A DNA stretch of 64,000 nt. Origin: Hyphomonadaceae bacterium UBA2389 (GTDB taxonomy: Bacteria > Pseudomonadota > Alphaproteobacteria > Caulobacterales > Aquidulcibacteraceae). The position numbers and the translations under genes are program-made. Shown one piece after another: positions 1-11,599 of this stretch. The stretch spans positions 2,873 to 66,872 of the forward strand of contig DDSN01000143.1 in NCBI GenBank assembly GCA_002343395.1, in the 5' to 3' direction. Position 1 is the stretch's first letter. Every line of letters starts with the position of its first letter. The notes under the pieces were generated by a model that did not search any database, had not been told where the DNA came from, and worked only from the letters and a program-made list of their open reading frames with translations.

Positions 1-90
1 GGCGCCGCACGCGAATCAAAACCCATACCCGAGAATCGCACGACTGCCGCTAACGCCCAAGGGCTCTCACACGCACGGACTGACGGAGCG

Positions 91-1392
91 TTAGTGCTCG
101 CTGGCCAACCGCAATCTCGCCCTTTGAAAACGGGCGCGTGTCGACGCAGACTGAAATTCGCGCATGAACGCACGCACGCGCGGATAAATCTCGGAGCGAA
201 ACCGCCTGCCGCTAAACACGCCGTAGTGCCCAACACCAGGCTGGATGTAGTCGCGTTGCATGGATTCCGGGATGTTTGAACACAGGGCGTGCGCTGCTTG
301 TGTCTGGCCGATACCGGAAATGTCGTCGTTTTCCCCTTCAACCGTGAGCAGCGCGGTTCGTGTTATCGCCCTTGGATCAACCGTGGCGCCCCGGTGCCGC
401 ATCCGCCCTGTGGCAAGCGTATATTCTTGGAAAACTTCGACCAGCGTTTGGATATAGAACTCCTCGGTCAAATCCATCACCGCGAGGTACTCATCGTAGA
501 ATTCGCGATGCCTCTCGGCGCTGTCGCCATCGCCCTTGATCAAGTTTTGAAAATATTCGTGATGGGCGTCCACGTGGCGCGACAGATTCATCCCGAGAAA
601 ACTCGCGAGCTGCAGGAAGCCTGGGTAAACGCGGCGAAACGCGCCGGGATATATCGCAGGCACGGTATGGACCATGTTCTGCTTGAACCACTCAATCTCG
701 CGCTCCTCGGCCAACTTGTTTGGCGTTGTCGGCGAGCGTCGTGCATCAATGGGCGAACCCATGATCGTCATGGTCGCGGGGCAGCAAGGGTCGTTTTCTT
801 GCGCCAACAACGAAACCGCCGCCAACACGGCGGGTCCAGGCTGACAAACCGCAACGACATGGGTTTCCGGTCCGAGCGCACGCAGCATTCCAAGGATATG
901 ATCAATGTAGTCGTTGAGGTCGAAGCGCCCCGCCAGAACGGGCGCCATGCGCGCGTCCGCCCAGTCGGTGATGTAAACGTCATGCTCTGGCAGGAACGCC
1001 TCAACGGTCCCGCGCAGCAAAGTCGCATAATGACCCGACATGGGCGCAACGATCAAAACCGTCGGGTCAAGCCTATCTCCGCGCGCGGCCCTGAGCGCTT
1101 CGGCGTCGCGCGCGAAGTGCACCATATTGCACCAAGGCGTGGACCAAACGACCGTCGGTGAGACGGGAACTTCGACCCCCTCGACGTTCGTCGTTGGCAG
1201 CATCCAGTCAGGTTTTCGGTACCGCCTGGTGACAGTTTCAAACAGGTCGGAAGCCGCGGCGGCGGCCCGCGCGGCCTCAGTGCCCGAAGCAGGATTGAGC
1301 GGCGAGCGCAGCACCGACGATTGGATCATCGCCGCGAGGCGCAGTGGCGCCATCGACCAATGGCCAAATTCATAAAGCGAGTAGAGCATCAC
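91..1392 (-). CDS. phaZ: Intracellular polyhydroxyalkanoate (PHB) depolymerase
   Basis: Motifs IVAPMSGHYATLLRGTV, VAVCQPG (catalytic Cys), TVEGENDDISG, GHYGVFSG; start GTG 1392 or ATG 1389. Confidence 0.93.
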   Translation of the reverse strand: MMLYSLYEFGHWSMAPLRLAAMIQSSVLRSPLNPASGTEAARAAAAASDLFETVTRRYRKPDWMLPTTNVEGVEVPVSPTVVWSTPWCNMVHFARDAEALRAARGDRLDPTVLIVAPMSGHYATLLRGTVEAFLPEHDVYITDWADARMAPVLAGRFDLNDYIDHILGMLRALGPETHVVAVCQPGPAVLAAVSLLAQENDPCCPATMTIMGSPIDARRSPTTPNKLAEEREIEWFKQNMVHTVPAIYPGAFRRVYPGFLQLASFLGMNLSRHVDAHHEYFQNLIKGDGDSAERHREFYDEYLAVMDLTEEFYIQTLVEVFQEYTLATGRMRHRGATVDPRAITRTALLTVEGENDDISGIGQTQAAHALCSNIPESMQRDYIQPGVGHYGVFSGRRFRSEIYPRVRAFMREFQSASTRARFQRARLRLASEH

Positions 1393-1401
1393 GCCCTTTC
1401 A

Positions 1402-1413
1402 TGCTGCACCGCA
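1402..1413 (-). promoter_or_regulatory. Putative PhaR operator upstream of phaZ
   Basis: Minus strand TGCGGTGCAGCA fits the rhizobial PhaR consensus TGCRNYGCASMA (recalled), about 10 nt upstream of the phaZ start. Confidence 0.6.
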
Positions 1414-1564
1414 ACGTCGATCCTGCGGCGCCCCCCATTGCCAACAAGCTAATACGCTCAACCGGGGCATTTCCGCGTTTAGACAAGAGCCTAGCCGCCA
1501 TCGCTTCCGCCGCTAGTCAGAACTAGCCGTGCTCAGCCACCGGAATGCAGCTTGCTTCCCATAA

Positions 1565-2284
1565 TCAAGAGCGAGACAGCCCAGCGGCGATACATGCCGA
1601 TATGTCTTCCGCGCTTGTGGCCACCATTGGGCTCCGAGGATCTTCTGGGTCCGCTCGGCTCATGGTGGGGATAATCGCGACCGTGCGCCAGCTCCCATCG
1701 AGGACGTAGAGGAGCGAAGAATGGTCAATATTGTAGTTTGTATCGCCCACGTTGCCGGGCGCCCGCTGCGCATAGACCCTGAAGGCCGCCTCGGCGGCCG
1801 CCACCTGAGATTCCGTGCCGGTCAGCCCGATGAGACCCGCTGGAAATCCTTGCGTCTGCAAGTACTCCGCCATCGCGCTCGGCGTGTCGCGCGCCGGGTC
1901 GACGGAAATCAGGACGGGTTGGATATCAAAGCCGGTGGGCTGGGAAAGCGCTTCCGCCAGCACGTACATGCTCGTGGGGCAAACGTCCGGGCAGTGGGTG
2001 AATCCGAAATAAACCACCGCTGGCGATCCGGCGAAGTCCGCCTGCGTGACGCGAGCTCCGTTTGAATCGATCAAATCAATTGGCCCGCCGACAGCATCGG
2101 CATTTTCCAAGATGCAGTTCTCCGCAACCGGCGCACCTTTTCCCGCGGGCCCCCGCTGGCTGACCGCGACGAGCGCGACTGTCGCCACCAAAGCGGCAAC
2201 CGCCAGCACAGGGATGATCGCGCCGGTCAGGCTACGGCGTGGCGTTTCAGTCTGTCTTGGTGTGTCGGCGGGTTTCGTCACCAT
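1565..2284 (-). CDS. senC: SCO1/SenC/PrrC family copper chaperone
   Basis: N-terminal TM helix, YFGFTHCPDVCP (CxxxC), DHS His ligand; divergent from regB; likely ATG at 2284. Confidence 0.9.
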   Translation of the reverse strand: MVTKPADTPRQTETPRRSLTGAIIPVLAVAALVATVALVAVSQRGPAGKGAPVAENCILENADAVGGPIDLIDSNGARVTQADFAGSPAVVYFGFTHCPDVCPTSMYVLAEALSQPTGFDIQPVLISVDPARDTPSAMAEYLQTQGFPAGLIGLTGTESQVAAAEAAFRVYAQRAPGNVGDTNYNIDHSSLLYVLDGSWRTVAIIPTMSRADPEDPRSPMVATSAEDISACIAAGLSRS

Positions 2285-2420
2285 CGAAGCTAGGCACCAG
2301 ACTTCCCCTTGGTTCAACGCGGCGGAGAGGCGCAGGCGGCGCATGGGCCCGCTAATGACACAAAACCGCCCCAAATGGCTTGAGGCCAGCGCAGAGTTAG
2401 ATCATGTGTGCGCCAGCGAA

Positions 2421-3716
2421 ATGGCTGCCCCCTCGCCCCTTCCAAGCTTCTGGACCGCGCAAAGCCGCGTACGCCTGCGTACGCTCATTCTTCTTCGTTG
2501 GCTGGCTATCATCGGACAGGTCGCGGCGGTTGTGCTGGTCCGCTACGGGCTCAATGTGGAGTTCCCTGCTGAATGGGCATTCGTGCTCATCGCCGTTTCA
2601 GTCGCTCTCAACGTCGCGCTTGTAGCGACGCGGCGCTCGCAGGACCTCGCGCGCGAATGGGAAGCGGCCGCGTTGCTCGCTTACGACGCTATTCAGCTCG
2701 CGGCGCTGCTCGCACTGACCGGCGGACTACAAAACCCCTTCGTGTTTCTGTTCATTGCGCCTGTCGCGGTGTCCGCAACAATTCTACGGCCAACCGTGAC
2801 CGCGGTTCTTGCTACCCTCACTTTCGCATGCGTTGGCGCCATTTCGGTGTGGCGACTGCCGCTGCCCTGGCCCGATTCATCGACCTTCGAGGTGCCTGAG
2901 CTTTACGAGCTTGGAATCGCCGCCGCTGTGTTGGTCGGGCTTGGCTTCACGTCTGTTTATGCGTGGCGCGTCGCTGCGGAGGAAGAACGCCTCAACATCG
3001 CGCTCGCAGCAGTCCAGGCTGTGTTGGCACGCGAGCAAACGCTCTCGGCCCTGGGCGGCCTTGCCGCCGCTGCCGCCCATGAATTGGGCACGCCCCTCGC
3101 AACCATTCACTTGGTTGCCAAGGAAATGGCGCGCGACGCCGCACCCGAAGATCCCCGCGCCGAGGATCTGCAGCTCCTCGTTCAACAAAGCGAGCGTTGT
3201 CGCTCGATCCTCAAACAGCTCTCGGCCAATCGAGAACAGGGCGACATCATGACTCAACGGGCGCCGATCCGGTCGCTGCTTGAGGAAATCGCGGCGCCAC
3301 ATGAAGGGCTGGGCGCGGAGATCGTCATTCGCGTCCATGGAGACGGCCCGCTCGACGTGCGCCGCATGCCGGAGATTGTGCATGCGTTGGGCGGCATTGT
3401 CGAAAATGCGGTGGGCTTCGCCAACACGAGGGTCGATATTGAGGCGTCTTGGAGCAGCGAGCAGGTCGAGATCATGGTGCTCGACGACGGCCCGGGCTTT
3501 GCGCCAGCTATCTTGAACCGCCTCGGAGAGCCCTATCTTACTGAACGCGACCGCGAAGGCGTGGCCGGAGGACTGGGGCTCGGCTTCTTCATCTCAAAAA
3601 CGCTTTTGGAGCGAACTGGCGGCAGGCTCGATGTTCGCAACGAGCGTCCGCCGGGTCGGGGCGCGGTCGTCAAGACCGTATGGCCCCGCGCAGCGATCGA
3701 GGCTCCATCTCTTTGA
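2421..3716 (+). CDS. regB: ActS/PrrB/RegB redox sensor histidine kinase
   Basis: TM domain with GGLQNPF quinone-binding motif, H-box AAAHELGTPL, redox Cys in SERCR, DDGPGF and GLGLG boxes; ATG 2421 more plausible than the ORF-track start 2046. Confidence 0.93.
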   Translation: MAAPSPLPSFWTAQSRVRLRTLILLRWLAIIGQVAAVVLVRYGLNVEFPAEWAFVLIAVSVALNVALVATRRSQDLAREWEAAALLAYDAIQLAALLALTGGLQNPFVFLFIAPVAVSATILRPTVTAVLATLTFACVGAISVWRLPLPWPDSSTFEVPELYELGIAAAVLVGLGFTSVYAWRVAAEEERLNIALAAVQAVLAREQTLSALGGLAAAAAHELGTPLATIHLVAKEMARDAAPEDPRAEDLQLLVQQSERCRSILKQLSANREQGDIMTQRAPIRSLLEEIAAPHEGLGAEIVIRVHGDGPLDVRRMPEIVHALGGIVENAVGFANTRVDIEASWSSEQVEIMVLDDGPGFAPAILNRLGEPYLTERDREGVAGGLGLGFFISKTLLERTGGRLDVRNERPPGRGAVVKTVWPRAAIEAPSL

Positions 3717-3754
3717 TCTTGAAGAACATGCTGGACGTGTGACACATCGGAGTA

Positions 3755-4300
3755 ATGATGACGGCCCCGATCGAAGGCGAGAAATCGCTCCTCATTCTTG
3801 ACGACGACGCGGCCTTCCGCACGCGACTCGCGCGCGCGCTTGAACAGCGGGGCTTTGACGTAACGGCCGTTGGGACCGTTTCGGAAGCTTCCGACGTAGC
3901 CGCCAAGTCGCCCCCGGCTTACGCGGTCCTCGACCTACGTCTGGAGGACGGATCAGGCCTTACTGTCGTTGAAGCGCTCAGCAAGCATCGCTCAGACTGC
4001 AGAGTTGTCATTTTGACAGGCTACGGCGCGATCGCCACTGCGGTTGCCGCTGTGAAAGCAGGCGCCGTTGACTATCTCGCCAAGCCCGCCGACCCGGAAG
4101 ACATCGTCAAGGCGCTTCTGGCTTCTCCAGATGACAGGCCGGAACCGCCAGACAATCCAATGAGCGCCGATCGTATTCGTTGGGAACACATCCAGAGAGT
4201 CTACGAACTCTGCGGTCATAACGTTTCCGAGACCGCGCGCCGCCTCAATATGCACAGGCGCACGCTGCAGCGCATCCTCGCCAAGCGAGCGCCGCGATGA
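3755..4300 (+). CDS. regA: ActR/PrrA/RegA response regulator
   Basis: Receiver domain plus the hallmark RWEHIQRVYELCGHNVSETARRLNMHRRTLQRILAKRAPR. Confidence 0.97.
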   Translation: MMTAPIEGEKSLLILDDDAAFRTRLARALEQRGFDVTAVGTVSEASDVAAKSPPAYAVLDLRLEDGSGLTVVEALSKHRSDCRVVILTGYGAIATAVAAVKAGAVDYLAKPADPEDIVKALLASPDDRPEPPDNPMSADRIRWEHIQRVYELCGHNVSETARRLNMHRRTLQRILAKRAPR

Positions 4301-4345
4301 GCCGCTTCGACACCGCGCCTCACGCGTGATATCCGCCCATCCGCC

Positions 4346-5593
4346 ATGACAGACGTTCAGTCTCCGTTTCTCCGCGAAGTCAAAGCGCGGGGCCAGTTTC
4401 ACCAGTGCACCGACCTCGACGGTTTGGATGCGGCCGCCCGCGTTGGCGTCACCGGGTACATCGGGTTCGACATGACAGCGCCGTCGCTGCATGTCGGCAA
4501 TCTCACACAGATCATGTTCCTGCGCCGGCTCCAGCAAGCAGGCGGACGACCGATCGTGCTCCTGGGCGGAGGAACGACGCGCGTCGGCGATCCCTCCGGC
4601 AAGGAAGAGATGCGTCAGCTTTTGTCAGAGGAACAAATTCTGAAAAATACCGCCTCGATACGCGGAACATTCGACAGGTTTCTGCAGTTTGGAGAAGGCA
4701 AGTCGGACGCTGTTCTCGTCGACAACTCGGAGTGGCTTCTTCCTCTCAACTATCTGGACTTCCTTCGCACGGTAGGCCGCCACATGTCGGTCAACCGCAT
4801 GCTGACGATGGATAGCGTGCGCCTCCGGCTAGAGCGCGAGCAGCCGATGAGCTTCATCGAATTCAACTATATGATCCTACAGGCCTACGATTTCGTTGAG
4901 CTGCATCGACGTTATGGATGCCGCCTGCAGATGGGCGGCTCGGATCAGTGGGGGAACATCGTCAACGGCGTTGAACTGGGTCGTCGGATGGACGGCGCCG
5001 AGTTGTTTGGATTGACTCAGCCGCTCATCACCACGGCATCCGGCGCAAAGATGGGGAAGACCGCCCAGGGTGCGGTTTGGCTGAACGCCGATATACTTTC
5101 TCCGTATGAGTACTGGCAGTATTGGCGAAACGCCGAAGACGCTGACGTTGGGCGTTTCCTTAGAATATTCACTGACCTGCCCCTCCCCGAGATCTCACGT
5201 CTGGAGGCGCTTCGCGGCGCTGAAATCAATGACGCGAAGAAGGTCCTCGCCACGGAAGCAACCGCGCTCTTGCATGGTCGCACCGAAGCCCAAAAGGCCG
5301 AGCAGGCCGCGCGCGCCACCTTCGAAGATGGGTCTCTTTCAACGGATCTGCCTACCTTTGACATAGCGCGCGCCGAGCTCGCCTCTGGCTTGCGCCTAAC
5401 AGCTGCTTTGGTACGGGCCGAGCTCGTTGCATCCAACGGTGAAGCGAAACGGCAGATCACGCAGCGGTCTATTCGTGTGAACGACGAGGTCATCACGGAC
5501 GAGCTCGCCAACTTATCGAGTGCCGACGCAACCAACGGCGTCATCAAGCTATCGCTGGGAAAGAAGAAGCACGCGCTCCTGCGCCCCATCTAG
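4346..5593 (+). CDS. tyrS: Tyrosine--tRNA ligase
   Basis: [32 protein letters not shown]-terminal S4 domain. Confidence 0.97.
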   Translation: MTDVQSPFLREVKARGQFHQCTDLDGLDAAARVGVTGYIGFDMTAPSLHVGNLTQIMFLRRLQQAGGRPIVLLGGGTTRVGDPSGKEEMRQLLSEEQILKNTASIRGTFDRFLQFGEGKSDAVLVDNSEWLLPLNYLDFLRTVGRHMSVNRMLTMDSVRLRLEREQPMSFIEFNYMILQAYDFVELHRRYGCRLQMGGSDQWGNIVNGVELGRRMDGAELFGLTQPLITTASGAKMGKTAQGAVWLNADILSPYEYWQYWRNAEDADVGRFLRIFTDLPLPEISRLEALRGAEINDAKKVLATEATALLHGRTEAQKAEQAARATFEDGSLSTDLPTFDIARAELASGLRLTAALVRAELVASNGEAKRQITQRSIRVNDEVITDELANLSSADATNGVIKLSLGKKKHALLRPI

Positions 5594-8500
5594 TAGGGCA
5601 GCGCCGCCGTTTCTTGCGACTCGTGCGGCGGTTCAGCATCGCCACGTGTCGAGCCGCTTTGGTCCGAAGCCGGCGGCGTGACAGCGGGCTCGCTTGCTGA
5701 TGGAGGCTCTTCCTCCCGCTGTGGCAGCGGCTCAAAAATTCTCCGTAGGATTCCCGGCGTCAGTGCTGACACCGGATTGACCCCCACGCGCGGCGTAGCT
5801 GCCGGGCCATTGATCGAATATGTCATGCCGAAGACGCCCTCGCCGCGCCGCGAAACAATCAGATTGCCCAGTACTGGAATCTCACCAAGCATGGAGAGGT
5901 TGAGCGTTGGCGACGGCGCCACCACCCCGTCGACATCAAGGTTGTCGCGCTCGATATTGTACGCGCCGGATGCCGTCAGCCCAAGTGAAGGTCCGCGCAT
6001 AGCCCCCTCGCTAAAGGCCAAGCGATCATTGGCATACGTCATCTGCGCTTCCATCACTGAAAAGGCGATGCCGTCACCGTTGAGCGAATCGACAAGCCCC
6101 CTCAGTGAACCCGCCGATGACAGCAACCGAGCCATCGCGGGAAGACGCACCACACGCACGTCATCCAGCCGCACGCTAAAGCGCGCGCTTGAAGACGCGC
6201 CACTGCGCCAATCGCCGTCAGCGCTCGCGGTTCCGCCGACAACATTCTCCGACCCTGTTAGCGCTGCGACCGCAAATCCAGCGTCGCCGGACCGGAAGCG
6301 CACGCGCCCGCGCGGGTCGTTGGGTTGGGGACCAAGCGAAAGTTCGAATTGCTGGTTTGTGGGCGTCCTACCCTCAACCGCCAGTGTTTGAAGCACTCCA
6401 CGATTCGTATTGAGTGACACTCGCGCATTGTTAAGCGTTGCGCCGCCACGCATTTTCAGCCTGTCCACCACCACACTTGCGCGAAGCGGCGGGCTGGGTT
6501 CGCGCTCGGCAGCACCGCCATTTGGGCCTTCTGCTGGCGCCATAAAAGGCGCTGCGTCAAAGAGCGCGCCTCTTACATTGACATCGAGACCGCCATCCGC
6601 GCCCCTCGCCCCGCTAATGCGAGCATCGGAACTCCCTTCGATAACGAGCCGCGAGAAATCAAGCGCCGCGAGTTGATTACTTCGATCCAGCCGAACCGCG
6701 CCCTGAGCCAGCAGACCCGCGCCACGGGCGTCAATCGCGTTGAAGGCGAGCCCGCCATCAGCCTGTCGCTGCACCGTGAACCGCGCGCTTGCCGCCTGAC
6801 CCGCACGCTTACGCCAAAAATTCCAGGGCGACTGGACGGCGGCGTCAGTTACATCGACTTCAATATCGGCATTGTCGACGTCAAAGCCACGACCACGCCC
6901 AGTGACGGTCACCCCGACCCGCCCCTCCGCGTAGTGAGCGATTGTGTACCCCAGCCGCTCCAAGTCGTCAGCGTCGAAGACACCCGCGATCATGTACTCC
7001 GAATAGCCGGCACGGGAACCTTGCTGGAGGTGCTCGGTCCACCTCGCGTCTTGGATTTGCGAGGCGCCCGCTCTGAGTGGGCCGCTTACAGTGACAGCAC
7101 GCTGATCGCCGGTGACCCGCAGCTGTCCTTGAGACAGCGCAATCCGCCGGGTCGTCATGGTTCCCGCGAAATCGCGCAACTCGCCGTCAATGCTAAAGCG
7201 CCAATCTTCTCTTGCCGCCTCGCGCACCATCGGGCGCTGTATCCTCACGTTCATTGCGCCGCGCCCGGTCGCTGTGGCGACATCCACTGGCAAGCGGTCC
7301 CGCATATTAATTGGCTCTTGCTGCAGCACCTCCAGAAAGCGCCGAACCTCTCCCTCGACGCGGCCAGTTATCGTGGCCATGGCGCCACGCGGCTTGAAGC
7401 GCGGCAACTCCACGCGCGCATTCGAAATCGCCAAGTTGTTCAGGCGCGCTTGCTGAGCAACAAGCTCGAAACTGTTTCCACGAAGCAACGCTTGGCCACG
7501 CACCTCGGTCACCGGCGACATCGTGTCCGCGAACCTGAACGAACCGCCTTCAACGTCGAAACGGACATCAACGGCCTCATTGCGATAGACGCCAGCCGCG
7601 ACATCCGATGGACGTATGTCAAGTTGAATGCGCGCATTGGTCACGCGCCCCGACTCAAGCGCGCCCACAACATAGTCTCGTGACGCCTCGCCAAGCCCAA
7701 TCGGCCACATCGCGATCACGGAACGCGCATCCAATGCGCCCTCCACCGCGCCAGTCAGAACGATTCCTGGACGCATCCGCCGGTCGGCGCCTGACGGCGC
7801 CCAGTAAACCCGACCCGACGCGGAAACCAAACCGTCCCCAGAACGCGCGCGGAGCTGCGTCAGCGTGATCGTCCGCTCCCCGGCCGCGACAGCGCCCGAC
7901 ACCTCGACGTCAGACAACGCGATCGGTTGAGGAAAAGCGCTGGGCACCTCCAAGGTCATCGCAGGTAAGGAAACGCGGAAATTCGCAGGCTCCCCCGGCG
8001 CTGCTCGCATGATCGCGGATACGTCGCGCACGCGAATGTCGCCCCGCAGACGGGTCCGGTCTCCACCCAACGTGAGTTCGTCGATGACGAGTTCATCGCC
8101 CTGAAGATCATAACGACCGTGAAAACGACCGCCCTCAATGCGCACGCGTTCGCCGCCGACATCGGCCGAACCGCTTCCGAGCCGCGCTTCCCCCTCAAAC
8201 CGATTGACCCCTGACGCGCGATCGAGACCCACGGTGACCGTCGCCGTCAAAGGCGCATCAAGGCCAGCGAACGGCCCTAATGCAGCAGGCGAGAACAGGG
8301 CACGTGGCCGAGCTTCCTCGGTGCTGAACTCTATGAGTGCCGACTGAAACCGTGTGTCCGTCGAGAGACGCAAGCGCGCCGGCGCTGTCCCTTCGGCGCC
8401 CTCAAGCCGCGCATCCGCGACCAACTCCAAAGAACGTGCGCGGCGCTCAAGTTGAAGATTTGCGCCGCTCGCGGTCCACCGTCCGCCACCACCTTCGTCA

Positions 8501-9078
8501 ACGACCGCCAATGCGGCGTTACCGAGGCTTATGCCGCGCAAACTACCGCCAGGGCCGATTGGGCGAAACGCTTCCGACAGGCCATCCAGCAACCGTGCGA
8601 CGCGCTGCTCAAGCGTTTCGTTGGGCGGGGGCGGAGGAATGACTAAATCAGGCGACGCGCCCTCCGGTCCAAACGCTATATGGACCGCGCCATCCGCCTT
8701 GCGCGTAATCGTAATTGCCCCGCCTTCAAAGTCAGCGCGCACGATATGCACGCGACCAATGAGAAGCGGCAGCACCGCAACCTCGATGCGCGCCTCCTCG
8801 GAGCGAGACAAGATGTTGCCGCCGCCATCTTCGATGGTGACACCGACGGCTCTCAGTTCTAGCGCCCCTCGCGGCGCCCAGGAGAGCCGCACCTGTTCGA
8901 GTCCGACTGGTCGTCCGTCGCGAGCCGCGCTCAGTTCAGCTTGAATTTGGCCCCGCAGAAATCCCAATTCGATCGGCCCCTGAGAGAGCCGCCACCAGGC
9001 GATACCAGCGCCGATCGCCAGGGCTGCGATAAGCGCCAAAACGACCTCCAGTGCGATGAGCGTCGAGCGGCGTATCAT
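5590..9078 (-). CDS. AsmA-like/YhdP family (DUF3971 + AsmA_2) membrane-anchored lipid-bridge protein
   Basis: N-terminal TM then WRLSQGPI, long beta-rich body, C-terminal [37 protein letters not shown]; usual tyrS/bcp position; ATG 9078 preceded by GAGG. Confidence 0.85.
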   Translation of the reverse strand: MIRRSTLIALEVVLALIAALAIGAGIAWWRLSQGPIELGFLRGQIQAELSAARDGRPVGLEQVRLSWAPRGALELRAVGVTIEDGGGNILSRSEEARIEVAVLPLLIGRVHIVRADFEGGAITITRKADGAVHIAFGPEGASPDLVIPPPPPNETLEQRVARLLDGLSEAFRPIGPGGSLRGISLGNAALAVVDEGGGGRWTASGANLQLERRARSLELVADARLEGAEGTAPARLRLSTDTRFQSALIEFSTEEARPRALFSPAALGPFAGLDAPLTATVTVGLDRASGVNRFEGEARLGSGSADVGGERVRIEGGRFHGRYDLQGDELVIDELTLGGDRTRLRGDIRVRDVSAIMRAAPGEPANFRVSLPAMTLEVPSAFPQPIALSDVEVSGAVAAGERTITLTQLRARSGDGLVSASGRVYWAPSGADRRMRPGIVLTGAVEGALDARSVIAMWPIGLGEASRDYVVGALESGRVTNARIQLDIRPSDVAAGVYRNEAVDVRFDVEGGSFRFADTMSPVTEVRGQALLRGNSFELVAQQARLNNLAISNARVELPRFKPRGAMATITGRVEGEVRRFLEVLQQEPINMRDRLPVDVATATGRGAMNVRIQRPMVREAAREDWRFSIDGELRDFAGTMTTRRIALSQGQLRVTGDQRAVTVSGPLRAGASQIQDARWTEHLQQGSRAGYSEYMIAGVFDADDLERLGYTIAHYAEGRVGVTVTGRGRGFDVDNADIEVDVTDAAVQSPWNFWRKRAGQAASARFTVQRQADGGLAFNAIDARGAGLLAQGAVRLDRSNQLAALDFSRLVIEGSSDARISGARGADGGLDVNVRGALFDAAPFMAPAEGPNGGAAEREPSPPLRASVVVDRLKMRGGATLNNARVSLNTNRGVLQTLAVEGRTPTNQQFELSLGPQPNDPRGRVRFRSGDAGFAVAALTGSENVVGGTASADGDWRSGASSSARFSVRLDDVRVVRLPAMARLLSSAGSLRGLVDSLNGDGIAFSVMEAQMTYANDRLAFSEGAMRGPSLGLTASGAYNIERDNLDVDGVVAPSPTLNLSMLGEIPVLGNLIVSRRGEGVFGMTYSINGPAATPRVGVNPVSALTPGILRRIFEPLPQREEEPPSASEPAVTPPASDQSGSTRGDAEPPHESQETAALPY

Positions 9079-9180
9079 TGCCTCGCCTGCTCCCCCCTTG
9101 GACGGCATCTAGCGCCGCGGAACGCGCGCAGGCAAAAACAAGCCTGCTGCCCGCCTTGTATCCCCGGAAAGGGTGCGACG

Positions 9181-9654
9181 ATGAAGAAAAAGGAACTCAA
9201 GGCTGGCGACCCCGCCCCCCTTTTTGATCTGCCGACGGCCGGAGGCGGACGCATCAGCCTGGCAAGCCTCAAGGGCCAGCGTGTCGTTGTTTACTTCTAC
9301 CCGAAAGACGACACACCCGGTTGTACACAAGAAGCCCTAAACTTCACTGAAAAGGCCAAGGCCTTCGCAAGCGCAAAAACCACCGTCATCGGTGTTTCCC
9401 GCGATAGCGTCGCCAAGCACGATAAGTTCGCGGCGAAACATGGGCTTTCACTGACATTAGCATCGGATGAAGCTGGCGACGTCTGCCGAGACTACGGCGT
9501 CTGGGGCGAGAAGACCCTTTACGGCCGCACCTTCATGGGCATTGAGCGCAGCACCTTTTTGATCGACGAGGAGGGAAAACTAGCCCGAATTTGGCGCAAG
9601 GTCGGCGTGCGGGGCCACGTCGATGATGTTCTCGCGGCAGCAGAAACTACCTAG
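9181..9654 (+). CDS. bcp: Thioredoxin-dependent peroxiredoxin Bcp
   Basis: YFYPKDDTPGCTQEA, GIERSTFLID; ATG 9181. Confidence 0.95.
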   Translation: MKKKELKAGDPAPLFDLPTAGGGRISLASLKGQRVVVYFYPKDDTPGCTQEALNFTEKAKAFASAKTTVIGVSRDSVAKHDKFAAKHGLSLTLASDEAGDVCRDYGVWGEKTLYGRTFMGIERSTFLIDEEGKLARIWRKVGVRGHVDDVLAAAETT

Positions 9655-9821
9655 CGCCGCTAGCCTAGTCGCCCGAGAAATCCAGGCTCTTTGCGTTAAG
9701 CACCCTGAAATTGTTGTAAACAGCGCAGCCGACCTGTTGCAATTCGGCGGGGATTCAGGTTGGATCAGTCTGCGGCGGGGCTTACGCATTTTTTGTTTAA
9801 GTTAGTGGGCGGTGGCGGACA

Positions 9822-11048
9822 ATGAGCCAGTTCGGATCGCAGGCGCGGGCGCTTTTTGATCGCGTATTTCCAGAACGCCAGATTTATCACCGCAGCGGTG
9901 GTGCGGTCAGGTATGTATCGCTTTCCCCGAGCAAGCAGGCGTTACTAGCGCTCGGCGCAGTCGGGCTTGCGGGTTGGTGCGTCTACGCGACCGCCAATAC
10001 GCTCATGGAAGGCCCGCAGGCGACGGCTTCTAATGCAGAGGTTGAGCGCGAGCGCGCAAAATACGACCGGTGGTTGAATGAATCGCGCGCCCAGGCGGCC
10101 GCTTCGCAGGCGTTGCTCGAAGAGAGGACGCGGCAGTTCGACCGAGCCACGCAAGATTTTGAGAGCCGCCATGAAGTTTTGCGGTCTCTGCTGGAGTATG
10201 CGGGCGGTAACAGCGTACAGCTGGCGGCCACCCGCCCTATCGAGCGCGACGGCGCGCGGATCATCATGGCGGCTTCGATTGACGAAGCCGAACCGCGGCA
10301 GTCGCGCGCTACGGCCAATGAAGCTTACCGAGTTACGACGGTCGGGTTCCGCGCTCGCGCCGAGCAATTGCAGGCTGACCAAGAGCGGACACTTTCAGAG
10401 CTCGAGGATCAAGTCGCGGAGCGGAGTGAAACAGTCCGCGGCGTCTTGAGGCTGACTGGCGTTAGCATGGCTTCCCTCACGGGTCCCGATTCCGACGCTG
10501 GCCCGCTCGTTCCTCAGGATTTCGTCGCCTATCTGCGTGATAGCGGTCTGAACCCGGCGTTTGCGGAACGGGTTGCGCAGGTCGCTGCACGGGTCACCGA
10601 ATCTCGTCGGCTTGGCGATATCGCCAACTCAACGCCTCTCGCTCCTCCGGTCGCCGTTGATTACCGTGAAACGTCGGGCTACGGCCAACGAATTGATCCG
10701 TTCACTGGACGGCCAGCGTTCCATTCGGGGCTTGACCTTGCCGCGTTCGAGCGCGCGCCAGTGGTGGCGACGTCTCCGGGCACGGTCGTGTACGCCGGGA
10801 CACGCTCGGGGTATGGCTATACCGTCGAGATTGACCATGGGCACGGGTTCCGTACCCGTTATGCTCACTTGCGCGATATCCAAGTCGAACGCGGCGACCA
10901 GGTCGCCATCGGTCAGCGGATAGGCTCAATGGGCAGTACTGGCCGCAGCACCGCCACACATTTGCATTATGAAGTGTGGTTTAGGGGTCGCGCGGTGGAC
11001 CCGGTCAATTTTCTAAGGGCAGGACGGCATGTTCACGAACAAGGGTAG
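9822..11048 (+). CDS. Membrane-anchored coiled-coil M23 endopeptidase (LmdC-like, DUF5930 N-terminus)
   Basis: FPERQIYHRS N-terminus, TM, coiled coil, intact HSGLD and HLHYEV zinc motifs; overlaps bactofilin. Confidence 0.88.
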   Translation: MSQFGSQARALFDRVFPERQIYHRSGGAVRYVSLSPSKQALLALGAVGLAGWCVYATANTLMEGPQATASNAEVERERAKYDRWLNESRAQAAASQALLEERTRQFDRATQDFESRHEVLRSLLEYAGGNSVQLAATRPIERDGARIIMAASIDEAEPRQSRATANEAYRVTTVGFRARAEQLQADQERTLSELEDQVAERSETVRGVLRLTGVSMASLTGPDSDAGPLVPQDFVAYLRDSGLNPAFAERVAQVAARVTESRRLGDIANSTPLAPPVAVDYRETSGYGQRIDPFTGRPAFHSGLDLAAFERAPVVATSPGTVVYAGTRSGYGYTVEIDHGHGFRTRYAHLRDIQVERGDQVAIGQRIGSMGSTGRSTATHLHYEVWFRGRAVDPVNFLRAGRHVHEQG

Positions 11049-11571
11049 ACCTTCAGATTCAATGCCGGCGACCCCTGAGCCTATGTCCCAACCTCGCAGA
11101 ACTCCTGGACGTGCTGGGATCGCGTCGATCATTGCGAACGGCGTGAAGATCACGGGAACGATCGACGCGGACGGCGCCGAGATTCAGGTAGACGGTGAAG
11201 TTGAAGGCAACGTTCGCGGCGGGTCGTTGACAGTCGGGGACACCGGCATGGTCAAAGGAGACGTGATTTCAGAAAGCGTGACTGTTCACGGCCGTGTGGA
11301 AGGCTCCGTGCGCGCCCGCAAGGTGATGCTCGCCCGCAACGCCCACGTCCTTGGCGACATCGTCCATCAATCCCTATCGGTTGAGATGGGTGCGGTCTTT
11401 GAGGGGCAGTGCCGCTACTTACAGGACCCGCTTTCGCAACCAGGCCAGGGCGCTCCTTCTGCGCCAACATCGCCGCCCGAGCGCCCCTCGATGTTTGGCG
11501 GCGGCTCGGTTTTTGGTGACTCGGACGACCGGATGGCGTCCGGCGTGGTTGTGACGGGGTCATCGAACTAG
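11029..11571 (+). CDS. Bactofilin cytoskeletal protein (BacA-like)
   Basis: MFTNK N-terminal peptide, beta-helix repeats (QVDGEVEGNV, TVHGRVEGSV, SVEMGAVFEG). Confidence 0.92.
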   Translation: MFTNKGRPSDSMPATPEPMSQPRRTPGRAGIASIIANGVKITGTIDADGAEIQVDGEVEGNVRGGSLTVGDTGMVKGDVISESVTVHGRVEGSVRARKVMLARNAHVLGDIVHQSLSVEMGAVFEGQCRYLQDPLSQPGQGAPSAPTSPPERPSMFGGGSVFGDSDDRMASGVVVTGSSN

Positions 11572-11599
11572 TTTAAGTTTTGGGTTGGAATACAAACTC

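Noticed and set aside
1-26. Possible start of a minus-strand gene (MGFDSRAA...) running off the window
   Set aside because: Only 8 codons visible
289-1161. Long antisense ORFs here and at 6673-7683, 44461-45414, 59516-60610, 61600-62529
   Set aside because: Shadows of well-supported genes caused by GC3 codon bias; no motifs
2046-2420. Long N-terminal extension of RegB overlapping senC
   Set aside because: Antisense to senC; RegB-like sequence starts near 2421
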